From Chloroflexota bacterium (GTDB lineage: Bacteria > Chloroflexota > Limnocylindria > Limnocylindrales > CSP1-4): 64,000 bases of DNA. A model generated the notes under the pieces. That model was not told where the DNA came from, did no database searches, and saw only the letters and a list, made by a program, of their open reading frames with translations. Numbering within the stretch: the first letter of the stretch is position 1; every line of letters starts with the position of its first letter. Positions 36,300-44,836 of this stretch are shown here, in pieces. A program made the translations under genes and the position numbers. The stretch covers positions 25,098 through 89,097 of the forward strand of contig DAOUEA010000071.1 in NCBI GenBank assembly GCA_034430475.1. The letters are read 5' to 3'.

Positions 36300-37178
36300 T
36301 CAGGCGAAGGCCACCGCGGCGTAGCCCACCGTCCGCCCGGGGTCGCCGCCCGCGTCGGCGGAGGTCGCTTTGCCGAGCAGGATCCCCCGCTTCGCCCCCA
36401 TCTCACCCAAGGCGGTCAGCGTGAACCGGGTTGCGTCGATGCCGCACATGCCGCACACCAGTCCGGGCAGCCCGGCCAGAGTCAGGGCGGCTTCCAGATC
36501 GCCCAGGGTGTCCGCGTCGAGGCGCAGAAGTGGGGCCAGGAGGCGGTCGTCGGCTTCCTCGCACACGGCTGCGGGCGGGTAGTGGGCGAAGTCGGAGCTG
36601 GCCACGATGAGGATCCGCTCTCCCGCCGCGCGCCTGGCCGCCAGCAGCCGGCCAACGGCGGCGCCTGCTTCGGTGTGGGCCCTGAGGCGAGGGCTGACCG
36701 CCAGCGGCACGATTTGCGCCTGGGGGCAGGTCCGGGCCAGCAGAGGCAGCTGGATCTCGATCGAATGCTCGCTGCCGTGACAGTCGTCGTCGGCTGCGAA
36801 GGGCTTGCCGAGCCCGGCTATCTCCGCCGTCAGATCACGGTCGATGGCGACCTCGCCCAACGGCGTCAGCCACGGGCCACCGGTCCAGACTCCGACGCCG
36901 TCAGCCCAGGCTCCATGGTCAGTGCCGGCAATGACGATCGTGGTTGGGGCGATCTCGCCCGCGAGGCGCCAGGCCAGGGCGGCGATCGCGCCCGAGAAGA
37001 CCAGGCCGGCATGAGGGACGAGCAGCCCGCAGACGAGGCCGGCCTCCAGGCCTTCGGGTCGCGCGACAGACCCCGCTTCCGCGAGGAGCGAGTCGACGAG
37101 GCCCTTCAGCCGGTCGGGCTGGGCGGGGTAGAAGCTGCCGGCTACGGCCGGGCGGCGGGGAGCGGCGCCGGGGCTCAT
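36300..37178 (-). CDS. AmmeMemoRadiSam system protein B (MEMO1-like)
   Basis: ATG at 37178 (the track ORF extends to 37508) overlaps the radical SAM stop (ATGA). AGSFYPAQPDRL, VPHAG..FSG and SEHSIEIQLP. Confidence 0.85.
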   Translation of the reverse strand: MSPGAAPRRPAVAGSFYPAQPDRLKGLVDSLLAEAGSVARPEGLEAGLVCGLLVPHAGLVFSGAIAALAWRLAGEIAPTTIVIAGTDHGAWADGVGVWTGGPWLTPLGEVAIDRDLTAEIAGLGKPFAADDDCHGSEHSIEIQLPLLARTCPQAQIVPLAVSPRLRAHTEAGAAVGRLLAARRAAGERILIVASSDFAHYPPAAVCEEADDRLLAPLLRLDADTLGDLEAALTLAGLPGLVCGMCGIDATRFTLTALGEMGAKRGILLGKATSADAGGDPGRTVGYAAVAFA

Positions 37179-38272
37179 GGCGTTCCGTCCCGGCGGCCCC
37201 ACTCGTCCAGCCCGACGCCCGCCAGAGAGTGACCGCACATCGCACAGAGGCCATCCTCGAGGGCCGCCCGGACGGCGACGTAGCCTCGCCGCCGGATCAG
37301 CGTCTCGCCACAGCTCGCGCAGTGGGTGTCTTCGTCGCCGTCGTGGAGGTTGCCCGAGTAGACGTGGCGCAGGCCGGCCGCCCGCCCCGCCTCCACTGCC
37401 CGGCGGATGGTCTCCACCGGGGTCGGCTCCAGGTCCGACAGCTTGTAGGCCGGGAAGAAGCGGCTGACGTGCCAGGGCGTCTCCGGGCCGAGGTTGGAGA
37501 CGAGCCATCGGGTCAACTCGTCCAGGCCGGCGGGGTCGTCGTTGAGGCCTGGGATCAGGAGCGTCGTGACCTCGAGCCAGATCCCGCGCGCTTTCATGCC
37601 GGCCAGGGTCTCCAGGACCGGCGCCAGGCGGGCGCCCACAACGTGCCGGTAGAAGCTGTCGTCGAAGGCCTTGAGGTCGACGTTGGCGGCCTGGACGAGC
37701 GGCGCCAGGGCGTCCAGGGCCTCCGGGGTCTGGTAGCCGTTAGTGACCAGGACGTTGGCCAGCCCCGCCTCCGCGGCCAGGCGCGCCGTCTCCACGACGT
37801 ACTCGATGAAGACCGTGGGCTCGGTGTAGGTGTAGGCGATGCTGCGCGAACCGGCGGCCAGGGCCGCCGAAACGACGGAGGCCGGCGGCAGCGGGAAGTC
37901 GGGGATCCCAAGGTCCTCGCTTTCGGCCTGCGAGATCGACCAGTTCTGGCAGTGCAGGCAGTGGAAGTTGCAGCCCCTGGTGGCGATCGAGAAGGCGATG
38001 CTGCCGGGATGGAAGTGGAAGAGCGGCTTCTTCTCGATCGGGTCCGCGCCGGCTGAGACGGCCCGGCCGAAGACGGCCGTCAGCAACTTGCCGTCCACGT
38101 TGAGGCGGACATGGCAGATGCCGGCTCGGCCGGGGCGGACCAGGCAGCGGTGGGCACAGGCCAGGCAGCGCACGGCGTCGGCGGCCTCGGGCTGCCACAG
38201 GATCGCCGGGTGTGCGGCAGGAGGCGGGGCCTTGCGGTCGGGGCGTACGGGCGGGCGGTTGGTCGATTGCAC
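37175..38272 (-). CDS. AmmeMemoRadiSam system radical SAM enzyme
   Basis: 365 aa. N-terminal Cys cluster CLACAHRC...GICHVR, then DPIEKKPLFHF and the radical SAM motif GCNFHCLHCQN (CxxxCxxC). Confidence 0.88.
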   Translation of the reverse strand: MQSTNRPPVRPDRKAPPPAAHPAILWQPEAADAVRCLACAHRCLVRPGRAGICHVRLNVDGKLLTAVFGRAVSAGADPIEKKPLFHFHPGSIAFSIATRGCNFHCLHCQNWSISQAESEDLGIPDFPLPPASVVSAALAAGSRSIAYTYTEPTVFIEYVVETARLAAEAGLANVLVTNGYQTPEALDALAPLVQAANVDLKAFDDSFYRHVVGARLAPVLETLAGMKARGIWLEVTTLLIPGLNDDPAGLDELTRWLVSNLGPETPWHVSRFFPAYKLSDLEPTPVETIRRAVEAGRAAGLRHVYSGNLHDGDEDTHCASCGETLIRRRGYVAVRAALEDGLCAMCGHSLAGVGLDEWGRRDGTP

Positions 38273-38436
38273 AGCTGTTCAGGGCCATGCTGGATTCGAT
38301 CGGGCTCGAAGGCAAGAGCCGAACTGCCCCGGCCGGGCTGCCTCAGCGCGTGATCGGCCTGCGGTGTTGGGCCGCTCCGGCACGGAGCGGGGCCATGTTC
38401 GTGCCAGGCAGCCGGTCCGGTCTGCGCAGCCGGAGA

Positions 38437-39885
38437 TCAGCTCCGACTCTGCGAACCGGAGATCGCCTCGAGGGCCAGGCGGCGCGTGTGGCGGTGGCGC
38501 TCGATGGTCTCTGTGTCACGCTCAATCGCCGGCAGCAGCGTGCCTCGGTCGGTCTTCCAGCGGGCGGCGACATCGCCGGGCGCCTCGCCCAGCAGTACGG
38601 ACGCGGCCTGGACCGCGCCACCCATGGCCACAAGCTCGGTAGCCTCGGGGATCGAGACCGGGCGGCCGGAGAGGCGTCGCACCACGTCCTGCCAGGTCTT
38701 GCCACGCGCCCCGCCACCGATCAGGACCAGCGGCGCATCGGCGTTCACGCCGGACGAGCAGCGGTCGATCGTGTCGATGGCCTCGAGCAGGCTGACCGCC
38801 ACGCCTTCGTAGGTGGCCATCAGGATGGCCCCCGGATCCGTGTCGTGGCGCAGGCCGAAGAAGGCGGCTGCCGCCTCGGGCAGGTTGGGCGTCCGCTCGC
38901 CGTCGAAGTAGGGCAGGGCCACTACCTCGCCGCTCGCCGTGACGTCGTCACGCTCGAGCTTGAGCATGGCCGCGACCCTGTCCACGGCCAGGGTGCAGTT
39001 GAGGGTGCAGGCCAGCGGCAGGAAGAGGCCGGACGCATCGGCGAAGCCCGCCACGTCGCCGCTCGGATCCGCGATCCGAGTCTTGGACACCATGTAGGCC
39101 GTGCCCGACGTGCCCAGGCTGACGACCGGTACTCCCGACCGGAGGCCCAGCCCCAGGGCCGCGCCCATGTTGTCGCCGGTGCCGGGCCCAACCACGGTAC
39201 CGGCCCGCAAGCCCGTGGCCTCGGCGGCCGCCGCTGTGACGGTGCCGGCCGCCTCGGCGGGGCCGAGTACCTTCGGCAGAAGGGCCGGGTCCAGGCCCAG
39301 CTCCGGTAGGGCCAGGACCTCGGCCGAGTAGGCGCCATCCGCAGTTGACCACCAGGCCGTCCCGGAGGCGTCGCCGCGATCGGTGACGCCCACGCCGGTG
39401 AGTCGCTCCGTCAGGTAGTCGTGGGGCAGGCGGATAGCGGCCGTCCGGGACGCCGTCTTGGGCTCCACGCGGCGCAGCCAGGCCCACTTGGAGGCGGTGA
39501 AGGAGGCCACCGGGACGACGCCCACGCGTTCCGCCCAGGCGGCGGCGCCGAGCGCCTCGACCAGGCGGGCAGCGTCCGGTCCGGAGCGGGTGTCGTTCCA
39601 GAGCGTCGCCGGGCGCAGCGGCTGGCCTGCCTCGTCGAGGCAGACCAGGCCATGCTGCTGCCCGGCCACGGAGACGGCATCAATCTCATTCGCCAGCTCG
39701 GTCTGGCCCAGGGCGGTCCGCAGGGCCTCCCACCAGACCTGGGGGTGAGTCTCGCGGGCGCCGTCGCTGCCCTCCACGGTGTGGGGGGCCTGACCGCGAG
39801 CTACCTCGCGGCCGGTCTCGACATCAACCACCACGACCTTGGTTGACTGCGTCGAGCAATCGACACCGGCCGCCAGCCTCTTCAT
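38437..39885 (-). CDS. xylB: Xylulokinase (FGGY family)
   Basis: 482 aa. GGAGGAG upstream. FGGY N-terminus GVDCSTQSTKVVVVD. Sits immediately downstream of xylA. Confidence 0.85.
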   Translation of the reverse strand: MKRLAAGVDCSTQSTKVVVVDVETGREVARGQAPHTVEGSDGARETHPQVWWEALRTALGQTELANEIDAVSVAGQQHGLVCLDEAGQPLRPATLWNDTRSGPDAARLVEALGAAAWAERVGVVPVASFTASKWAWLRRVEPKTASRTAAIRLPHDYLTERLTGVGVTDRGDASGTAWWSTADGAYSAEVLALPELGLDPALLPKVLGPAEAAGTVTAAAAEATGLRAGTVVGPGTGDNMGAALGLGLRSGVPVVSLGTSGTAYMVSKTRIADPSGDVAGFADASGLFLPLACTLNCTLAVDRVAAMLKLERDDVTASGEVVALPYFDGERTPNLPEAAAAFFGLRHDTDPGAILMATYEGVAVSLLEAIDTIDRCSSGVNADAPLVLIGGGARGKTWQDVVRRLSGRPVSIPEATELVAMGGAVQAASVLLGEAPGDVAARWKTDRGTLLPAIERDTETIERHRHTRRLALEAISGSQSRS

Positions 39886-39920
39886 TGTCTCCTCCCCCCG
39901 CTCAATCGCGGGCGGCCTGC

Positions 39921-41111
39921 CTAGCGGGCGCCCAGGATGAGCTCCACAACCAGCTGGTCAAGGCGCTCGTTGTAGTAGCCGCGATTGGCGAGCGCGGCGG
40001 GATCGCCCGGGTTGTCGTGGAGCTCCTTGGCCGCCGCGGCGGAGTAGGCGCCCACTGTCGGCTTGCCCAGCTCGGCGACCGAGGCGGCCTCCATGGCGGC
40101 CTTGATCTCCGGATCGGCGGCGAAGCGCTTGGCCTTCTCCTTGAGGAGCAGGTAGGTCCGCATGCACCCCGCGGCAAAGTCCCAGACGCCTTCGGGGTTC
40201 TCTCCGCGATAGGCATGGGCGTCGAAGTGGCGCGGCCCTTCGTAGCCCGACTCCTCGAGCAGCTTGACCAGGAAGAAGGCGTCCTTGAGGTCCTCGGAGC
40301 CGAACCGGAGATCCTGGTCGTAGCGCCCGATCTTCTGGCCGTTGAGGTCGATGTGGAACAGCTTGCCGTGCCACAGGGTCTGAGAGACGGCGTGGTAGAA
40401 GCTCAGGCCGGACATGGTCTCGTGGGCAGTCTCCGGGTTGAGTCCGACCATCTCCGGATGCGCCAGGGTGCTGATGAAGGCCAGGGCGTGACCGACTGTG
40501 GGCAGGAAGATGTCGCCCCGCGGCTCGTTCGGCTTGGGCTCCATGGCGAAGCGAAGCCCGTAGCCCTGGTCGATGACGTACTCGCACAGGAAGTCCATGG
40601 CCTCGCGGTAGCGGTCCAGGGCGTCGGACGGCTTCTTGGCCGCCATCGACTCGACGCCTTCCCGGCCGCCCCAGAAGACGTAGGTCTTGGCCCCCAGCTC
40701 GGCGCCCAGGTCGATGGCCCGCATTGTCTTGGCCAGGGCGAAGCGACGCACGGCGCGGTCGTTGGAGGTGAAGGCCCCGTCTTTGAACACGGGGTTCTTG
40801 AAGAGGTTGGTGGTCGCCATCGCGACGACCATGCCCGTCTCGTCGAGCGTCTTCTTGAACCTCTTCACGATCTCGTCCCGCTCGGGAGAAGGGGATCCGA
40901 ACGGGACGAGATCGTCGTCGTGGAGCGAGACGCCGTAGGCTCCCAGCTCCGCCAGCTTGCGCACGCTGTCATTGGGGTCGAGACGTGGGCGCGTGTCCTC
41001 GCCAAAGGGGTCGCCGCCGGGGTTGCCGACGGTCCAGAGGCCGAAGGTGAACTTGTGGGCGCGATTCGGCTTGTACGCCTCGCTGTGCGCCTCGACTGCC
41101 TGCTGGGCCAT
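39921..41111 (-). CDS. xylA: Xylose isomerase, class I (short, actinobacterial/Thermus type)
   Basis: [28 protein letters not shown] and [11 protein letters not shown]. The ATG at 41111 has GGAGG 8 nt upstream and is preferred over the track start at 41126. Confidence 0.95.
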   Translation of the reverse strand: MAQQAVEAHSEAYKPNRAHKFTFGLWTVGNPGGDPFGEDTRPRLDPNDSVRKLAELGAYGVSLHDDDLVPFGSPSPERDEIVKRFKKTLDETGMVVAMATTNLFKNPVFKDGAFTSNDRAVRRFALAKTMRAIDLGAELGAKTYVFWGGREGVESMAAKKPSDALDRYREAMDFLCEYVIDQGYGLRFAMEPKPNEPRGDIFLPTVGHALAFISTLAHPEMVGLNPETAHETMSGLSFYHAVSQTLWHGKLFHIDLNGQKIGRYDQDLRFGSEDLKDAFFLVKLLEESGYEGPRHFDAHAYRGENPEGVWDFAAGCMRTYLLLKEKAKRFAADPEIKAAMEAASVAELGKPTVGAYSAAAAKELHDNPGDPAALANRGYYNERLDQLVVELILGAR

Positions 41112-41225
41112 GACCCTGACCTCCATCGCTTATGCGTTCTGCGCCGGCTGGGCTGCCGGCGTCCCGGTGCGGGCTCCGGGGTCCTTACTCGCGGGGTCTC
41201 CCGGGCTCGGCTTCACTTGCGAGTT

Positions 41226-41244
41226 GCAATCGTATGCCGCATAT
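41226..41244. promoter_or_regulatory. Candidate operator/promoter motif, site 1 (GCAATCGTATG-CCG-CATAT)
   Basis: Shares the exact 11-mer GCAATCGTATG and the GTATG-N3-CATA inverted-arm layout with 55522-55540. Lies in the xylA/ABC divergent region. Confidence 0.45.
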
Positions 41245-41279
41245 CCTTCGACAGCAAGCCCTTGACTGCGGCAGCATGC

Positions 41280-41291
41280 GTATGCTACATA
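41280..41291 (+). promoter_or_regulatory. Candidate operator/promoter motif, site 2 (GTATGCTACATA)
   Basis: Exact reverse complement of TATGTAGCATAC at 55529-55540. TTGACT at 41262-41267 lies 18 nt upstream of the TACATA part. Confidence 0.45.
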
Positions 41292-41518
41292 GGTATGCGC
41301 CCGGCGCCAATGCCCGCCGGCTGAGGCTGGTGTGGTTGCGTCCGGCATCAAGGAGGACCGGCAAGTTGAGCCGGCAATGCGGAAGCCAGGGCAGCGGAGG
41401 AGGCGTCGATAGGCGAACTGACACTCGGAGTGTCGGTGAACGAGGCGGTACAGAAGGGTACGCCCGTGGAGAGACCGCCTGGAGAACCGTCGTATTGGAA
41501 CTGTAAGGAGGATCGATA

Positions 41519-42841
41519 GTGAACCTGGTCCCGAAGCGGCTACTCGGTGTGGTTGCGGTCGTCGCGCTGGTCGCGGCGTGCTCGTCCACCGAGGCGACGC
41601 CCACAAGCGCGCCGGCAAGCGGGGAGCCGACCCCGGAAGCCAGCGCGACCCCCGCGCCTGTGACCATCAACTGGTGGCACATCACTACCGGCGAGCCCGG
41701 CAAGACCATCTTCCAGGGCATCGCGGACGCCTACACGGCCGAGCATCCCTGGGTGACTATCAACATCACCGTCCTCGAGAACGAGGCCTTCAAGACCAAG
41801 CTGAACACCAGCCTGCAGTCGGGCGAGGCGCCCGACCTGTTCCAGTCCTGGGGTGGCGGCACGATGGCCCAGCAGGCCGAGGCCGGCTATCTCCAGGACA
41901 TCACGTCGTCCATTGCCGATTGGTCGGACACCCTCGGCGGTGCCCTGAGCATCTACAGCTACAACGGCAAGGTCTACGGCGTGCCGTGGGACATGGGCAT
42001 GATCGGCTTCTGGTACAACAAGGCCGCGTTCACGAAGGCCGGTATCAGCGCCCCGCCCACGACCTGGTCCGAGTTCCTGACTGACGTCCAGATGCTCAAG
42101 GACAGCGGCATCGCTCCTCTCGCCATCGCCGGCAAGGACATGTGGCCGTCGATGCACCTCTGGACGTACCTGATCCTCCGCCAGGCGGGCTACGAAGCCC
42201 TCCAGCAGATGATCCAGACCGGCGACTGGAACACCGACGCCTGCAAGGCCGCCGGTGACGAGGTCGTCAAGCTCAACGCCTTGAGCCCGTATCAGGACGG
42301 CTACAAGAGCGCTACCTACGACAACGAAGCGGCTGCGGTCGGCAACGGCAAGGCGGCCATGGAACTGATGGGCCAGTGGGCTCCTGGCGTTGAGGCCAAC
42401 AACAGCGCTGACGGCAAGGGCCTCGGCGACGATCTCGGTTGGTTCGCGTTCCCCGGCGTTGAAGGCGGGAAGGGCGATCCGACCGACGGCGTCGGCGGCG
42501 GCAACGGCATCGCGGTTGGCAAGGACGCTCCGGCCGAGGCCATCGATTTCCTGAAGTTCTTCTCGAGCGTGCCGAACGCCCAGAAGATCATGGATCCGGA
42601 CGAGACCGGCAACAGCATGGGCCTCTCCCCGGTCAAGGGCACTGACGGCTCGGTCCTGCCGGCTACCCTGCAGATGGTTCTCGCCGGCGTGAACAACGCC
42701 AAGCACATCCAGCTCTACCTGGACCAGGCCACCGACTCGGCCATGGGCACCGCGATCAACAAGGCGACTGTCGCCCTGTTCCTCGGCGCCTCGACCCCCG
42801 AGAAGGTCTGCCAGGAGATCACCACGGCGGCTTCCCTGTAG
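41519..42841 (+). CDS. ABC sugar transporter substrate-binding lipoprotein (solute-binding family 1)
   Basis: 440 aa, GTG start with AAGGAGG upstream. Lipobox LVAACSS. Typical SBP_bac_1 composition (WWH...GK...FQSWGGG...GVPWDMG.IGFWYNK). Confidence 0.9.
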   Translation: MNLVPKRLLGVVAVVALVAACSSTEATPTSAPASGEPTPEASATPAPVTINWWHITTGEPGKTIFQGIADAYTAEHPWVTINITVLENEAFKTKLNTSLQSGEAPDLFQSWGGGTMAQQAEAGYLQDITSSIADWSDTLGGALSIYSYNGKVYGVPWDMGMIGFWYNKAAFTKAGISAPPTTWSEFLTDVQMLKDSGIAPLAIAGKDMWPSMHLWTYLILRQAGYEALQQMIQTGDWNTDACKAAGDEVVKLNALSPYQDGYKSATYDNEAAAVGNGKAAMELMGQWAPGVEANNSADGKGLGDDLGWFAFPGVEGGKGDPTDGVGGGNGIAVGKDAPAEAIDFLKFFSSVPNAQKIMDPDETGNSMGLSPVKGTDGSVLPATLQMVLAGVNNAKHIQLYLDQATDSAMGTAINKATVALFLGASTPEKVCQEITTAASL

Positions 42842-42883
42842 CAGCCGATCGTGGTTTGGCCAACCTGAGTAGTTAGTTATGGT

Positions 42884-42912
42884 GAGCGGGCCGGCGGCAA
42901 GCCGGCCCGCTC
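42884..42912 (+). promoter_or_regulatory. Strong intra-operon stem-loop after the binding-protein gene
   Basis: GAGCGGGCCGGC-ggcaa-GCCGGCCCGCTC is a perfect 12-bp stem with no T-tract. Located between the SBP stop (42841) and the permease start (42939). Confidence 0.55.
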
Positions 42913-42938
42913 AACTCCCGGGTACGTGAGGACGGCAT

Positions 42939-43886
42939 ATGAGCTTGAGCGCAGTGAGAGTCTCGGCGCGGAGCGGAGAGAGCCAGCGCGCGAAGTGGCT
43001 GACAATCGGCGTGTTCCTGCTGCCGGCGCTGGCTCTCTTCTTGACGTTTGTGGTGTACCCGGTCATATCGGCGGCCCGCTATAGCCTGTACAAGTGGGAC
43101 GGGCTGCAGCCGCTCACCGACTTCGTCGGCACCAAGAACTACGAGACGGCATTCGCCAGCGACCTGTTCATACACTCCATCCAGAACAACTTCCTGATAA
43201 TCGCGCTCTCGCTGACGATCCAGATCCCGTTCTCCTTGATGCTGGCCACTCTCCTGAACCGGCGCTTCCCGGGCCGGGCCGTCTTCCGGCTGCTCTTCTT
43301 CCTCCCGTACGTCCTCTCGGAGGCGATCACGGGCATCATCTTCTTGCTCATGCTCCAGCCCAGCGGTTCCGATGATTACTTCACGGCTTTGATGAAGAAC
43401 TTCGGCCTGGGCGGGTTCGTCCAGGACTGGCTGGGCGATACGACATTCGTGATGGTGACGCTGTTCGTCGTCATCTCGTGGAAGTACTTCGGCTTCCACA
43501 TGATCATCCTGCTGGCCGGCCTGCAGGGCATCCCGCGGGAGATCGAGGAGGCGGCCTTCATCGATGGCGCAGGGCGCTGGCAAGCGTTCCGCCATGTCAC
43601 TCTGCCGCTTCTCGGCCCTACCCTGCGCGTCTCCGTATTCCTGTCGATGATCGGCGCGGTGCAGCTCTTCGACATGGTCTGGGTCATGACCAGGGGCGGC
43701 CCGCTCGACGCTACCGACACGATGGCTGTCTCGTTGTTCTACGCGGGCTACATCGATCACCACGTGGGCTACGGAAGCGCTATGGCCGTAATCCTGTTCC
43801 TCTTCGGGCTCGTCCTCTCCCTTGCCTACCTGCGCTTCGTGCTGAGGCGGGACGTCGAGGGCGCCGTCACGGCTTTCAATGCCTAG
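42939..43886 (+). CDS. ABC sugar transporter permease (MalF/LacF-like)
   Basis: 315 aa, six TM segments. EAA-loop region EEAAFIDGAGRWQAFRHVTLPLL. Confidence 0.9.
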   Translation: MSLSAVRVSARSGESQRAKWLTIGVFLLPALALFLTFVVYPVISAARYSLYKWDGLQPLTDFVGTKNYETAFASDLFIHSIQNNFLIIALSLTIQIPFSLMLATLLNRRFPGRAVFRLLFFLPYVLSEAITGIIFLLMLQPSGSDDYFTALMKNFGLGGFVQDWLGDTTFVMVTLFVVISWKYFGFHMIILLAGLQGIPREIEEAAFIDGAGRWQAFRHVTLPLLGPTLRVSVFLSMIGAVQLFDMVWVMTRGGPLDATDTMAVSLFYAGYIDHHVGYGSAMAVILFLFGLVLSLAYLRFVLRRDVEGAVTAFNA

Positions 43887-44835
43887 CGAGATGGGAGCGA
43901 CAATGGATACGACAGCCGAAGACAGGACGGTCGAGACGCCGGTCGGGCCGGCGGTGGGCCGCCGGGTCAGGATCGGGCGCCCCCGCGTTAGCTGGCCGAC
44001 CGGGATAGACATCCCCTACATCCTCCGCTACATCATCTTGCTGGCGGTTGCCGCGGCCATACTGCTGCCGCTGGTCTACGGGGTCCTCGGTGGCGCCAAG
44101 ACCAACCAGCAGCTCGTGGGCGACCCCGTCTCGTTGATTCCGGCCCCCTGGACCGTGTCGAACTACACAGACGTGTTGTTCGGACCCAGCTCGCCGGACT
44201 TCTGGCAGCAACTCCTCAACAGCCTCATGGTGGCCGCCGTCGCGGTCTCGTTCACGGTCATCGCGGCCTCGCTGGCGGCATTCACTTTCGCGAGGATGGT
44301 CTTCCGCGGACGCGAGGCCATCTACACGTTCTTCGTCATGGGTCTGCTCTTCCCGGCGGCCGTTGCCATCCTGCCGCTCTTCATTCTCCTGCGGCAACTG
44401 GACCTGAACGGAAGCCTTCTCGGAGTGGCCCTCCCGGAAGCCGCGTTCGGCCTTCCCCTGAGCATCATCATTCTTCGCCCGTTCTTCAAGAGCATTCCGG
44501 TCGAGCTCGAGGACGCGGCCAAGATCGACGGCTGTTCGAACTTCGGCTTCTTGTGGCGGGTTCTGCTGCCCCTGTCGCGCCCGGCGCTCGCCACGGTCAG
44601 CGTTCTGGCCTTCGTCGGCAGCTGGAACGCGTTCATGCTCCCTCTGATCATCCTGGACAACGCGAACACGTGGACGCTGCCGCTCGGGGTCATGAACTTC
44701 CAGGGCCAGTACACGTCCGACAAGGCGCTGGTCCTGGCGTACACGGTGACCGCGGCGATCCCGGCGGTGGTCTTCTACTTCTTCGCCGAGCGCCAGCTGG
44801 TCGGCGGCCTAACCGGCGGAGCGGTCAAGGGCTGA
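43879..44835 (+). CDS. ABC sugar transporter permease (MalG/LacG-like)
   Basis: 318 aa. EAA loop LEDAAKIDGCSNFGFLWRVLLPL. The start may instead be the ATG at 43903, which has GGGAG upstream. Confidence 0.9.
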   Translation: MPSEMGATMDTTAEDRTVETPVGPAVGRRVRIGRPRVSWPTGIDIPYILRYIILLAVAAAILLPLVYGVLGGAKTNQQLVGDPVSLIPAPWTVSNYTDVLFGPSSPDFWQQLLNSLMVAAVAVSFTVIAASLAAFTFARMVFRGREAIYTFFVMGLLFPAAVAILPLFILLRQLDLNGSLLGVALPEAAFGLPLSIIILRPFFKSIPVELEDAAKIDGCSNFGFLWRVLLPLSRPALATVSVLAFVGSWNAFMLPLIILDNANTWTLPLGVMNFQGQYTSDKALVLAYTVTAAIPAVVFYFFAERQLVGGLTGGAVKG

Positions 44836-44836
44836 C

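Noticed and set aside
38273-38436. Integration scars (att-like direct repeats, integrase, tRNA) at the borders of the 17-kb sugar block (also 55459-55689)
   Set aside because: I found no integrase or transposase, no tRNA, and no direct repeat shared by the two borders. Island status therefore remains an inference from gene content and the split AmmeMemoRadiSam system only.
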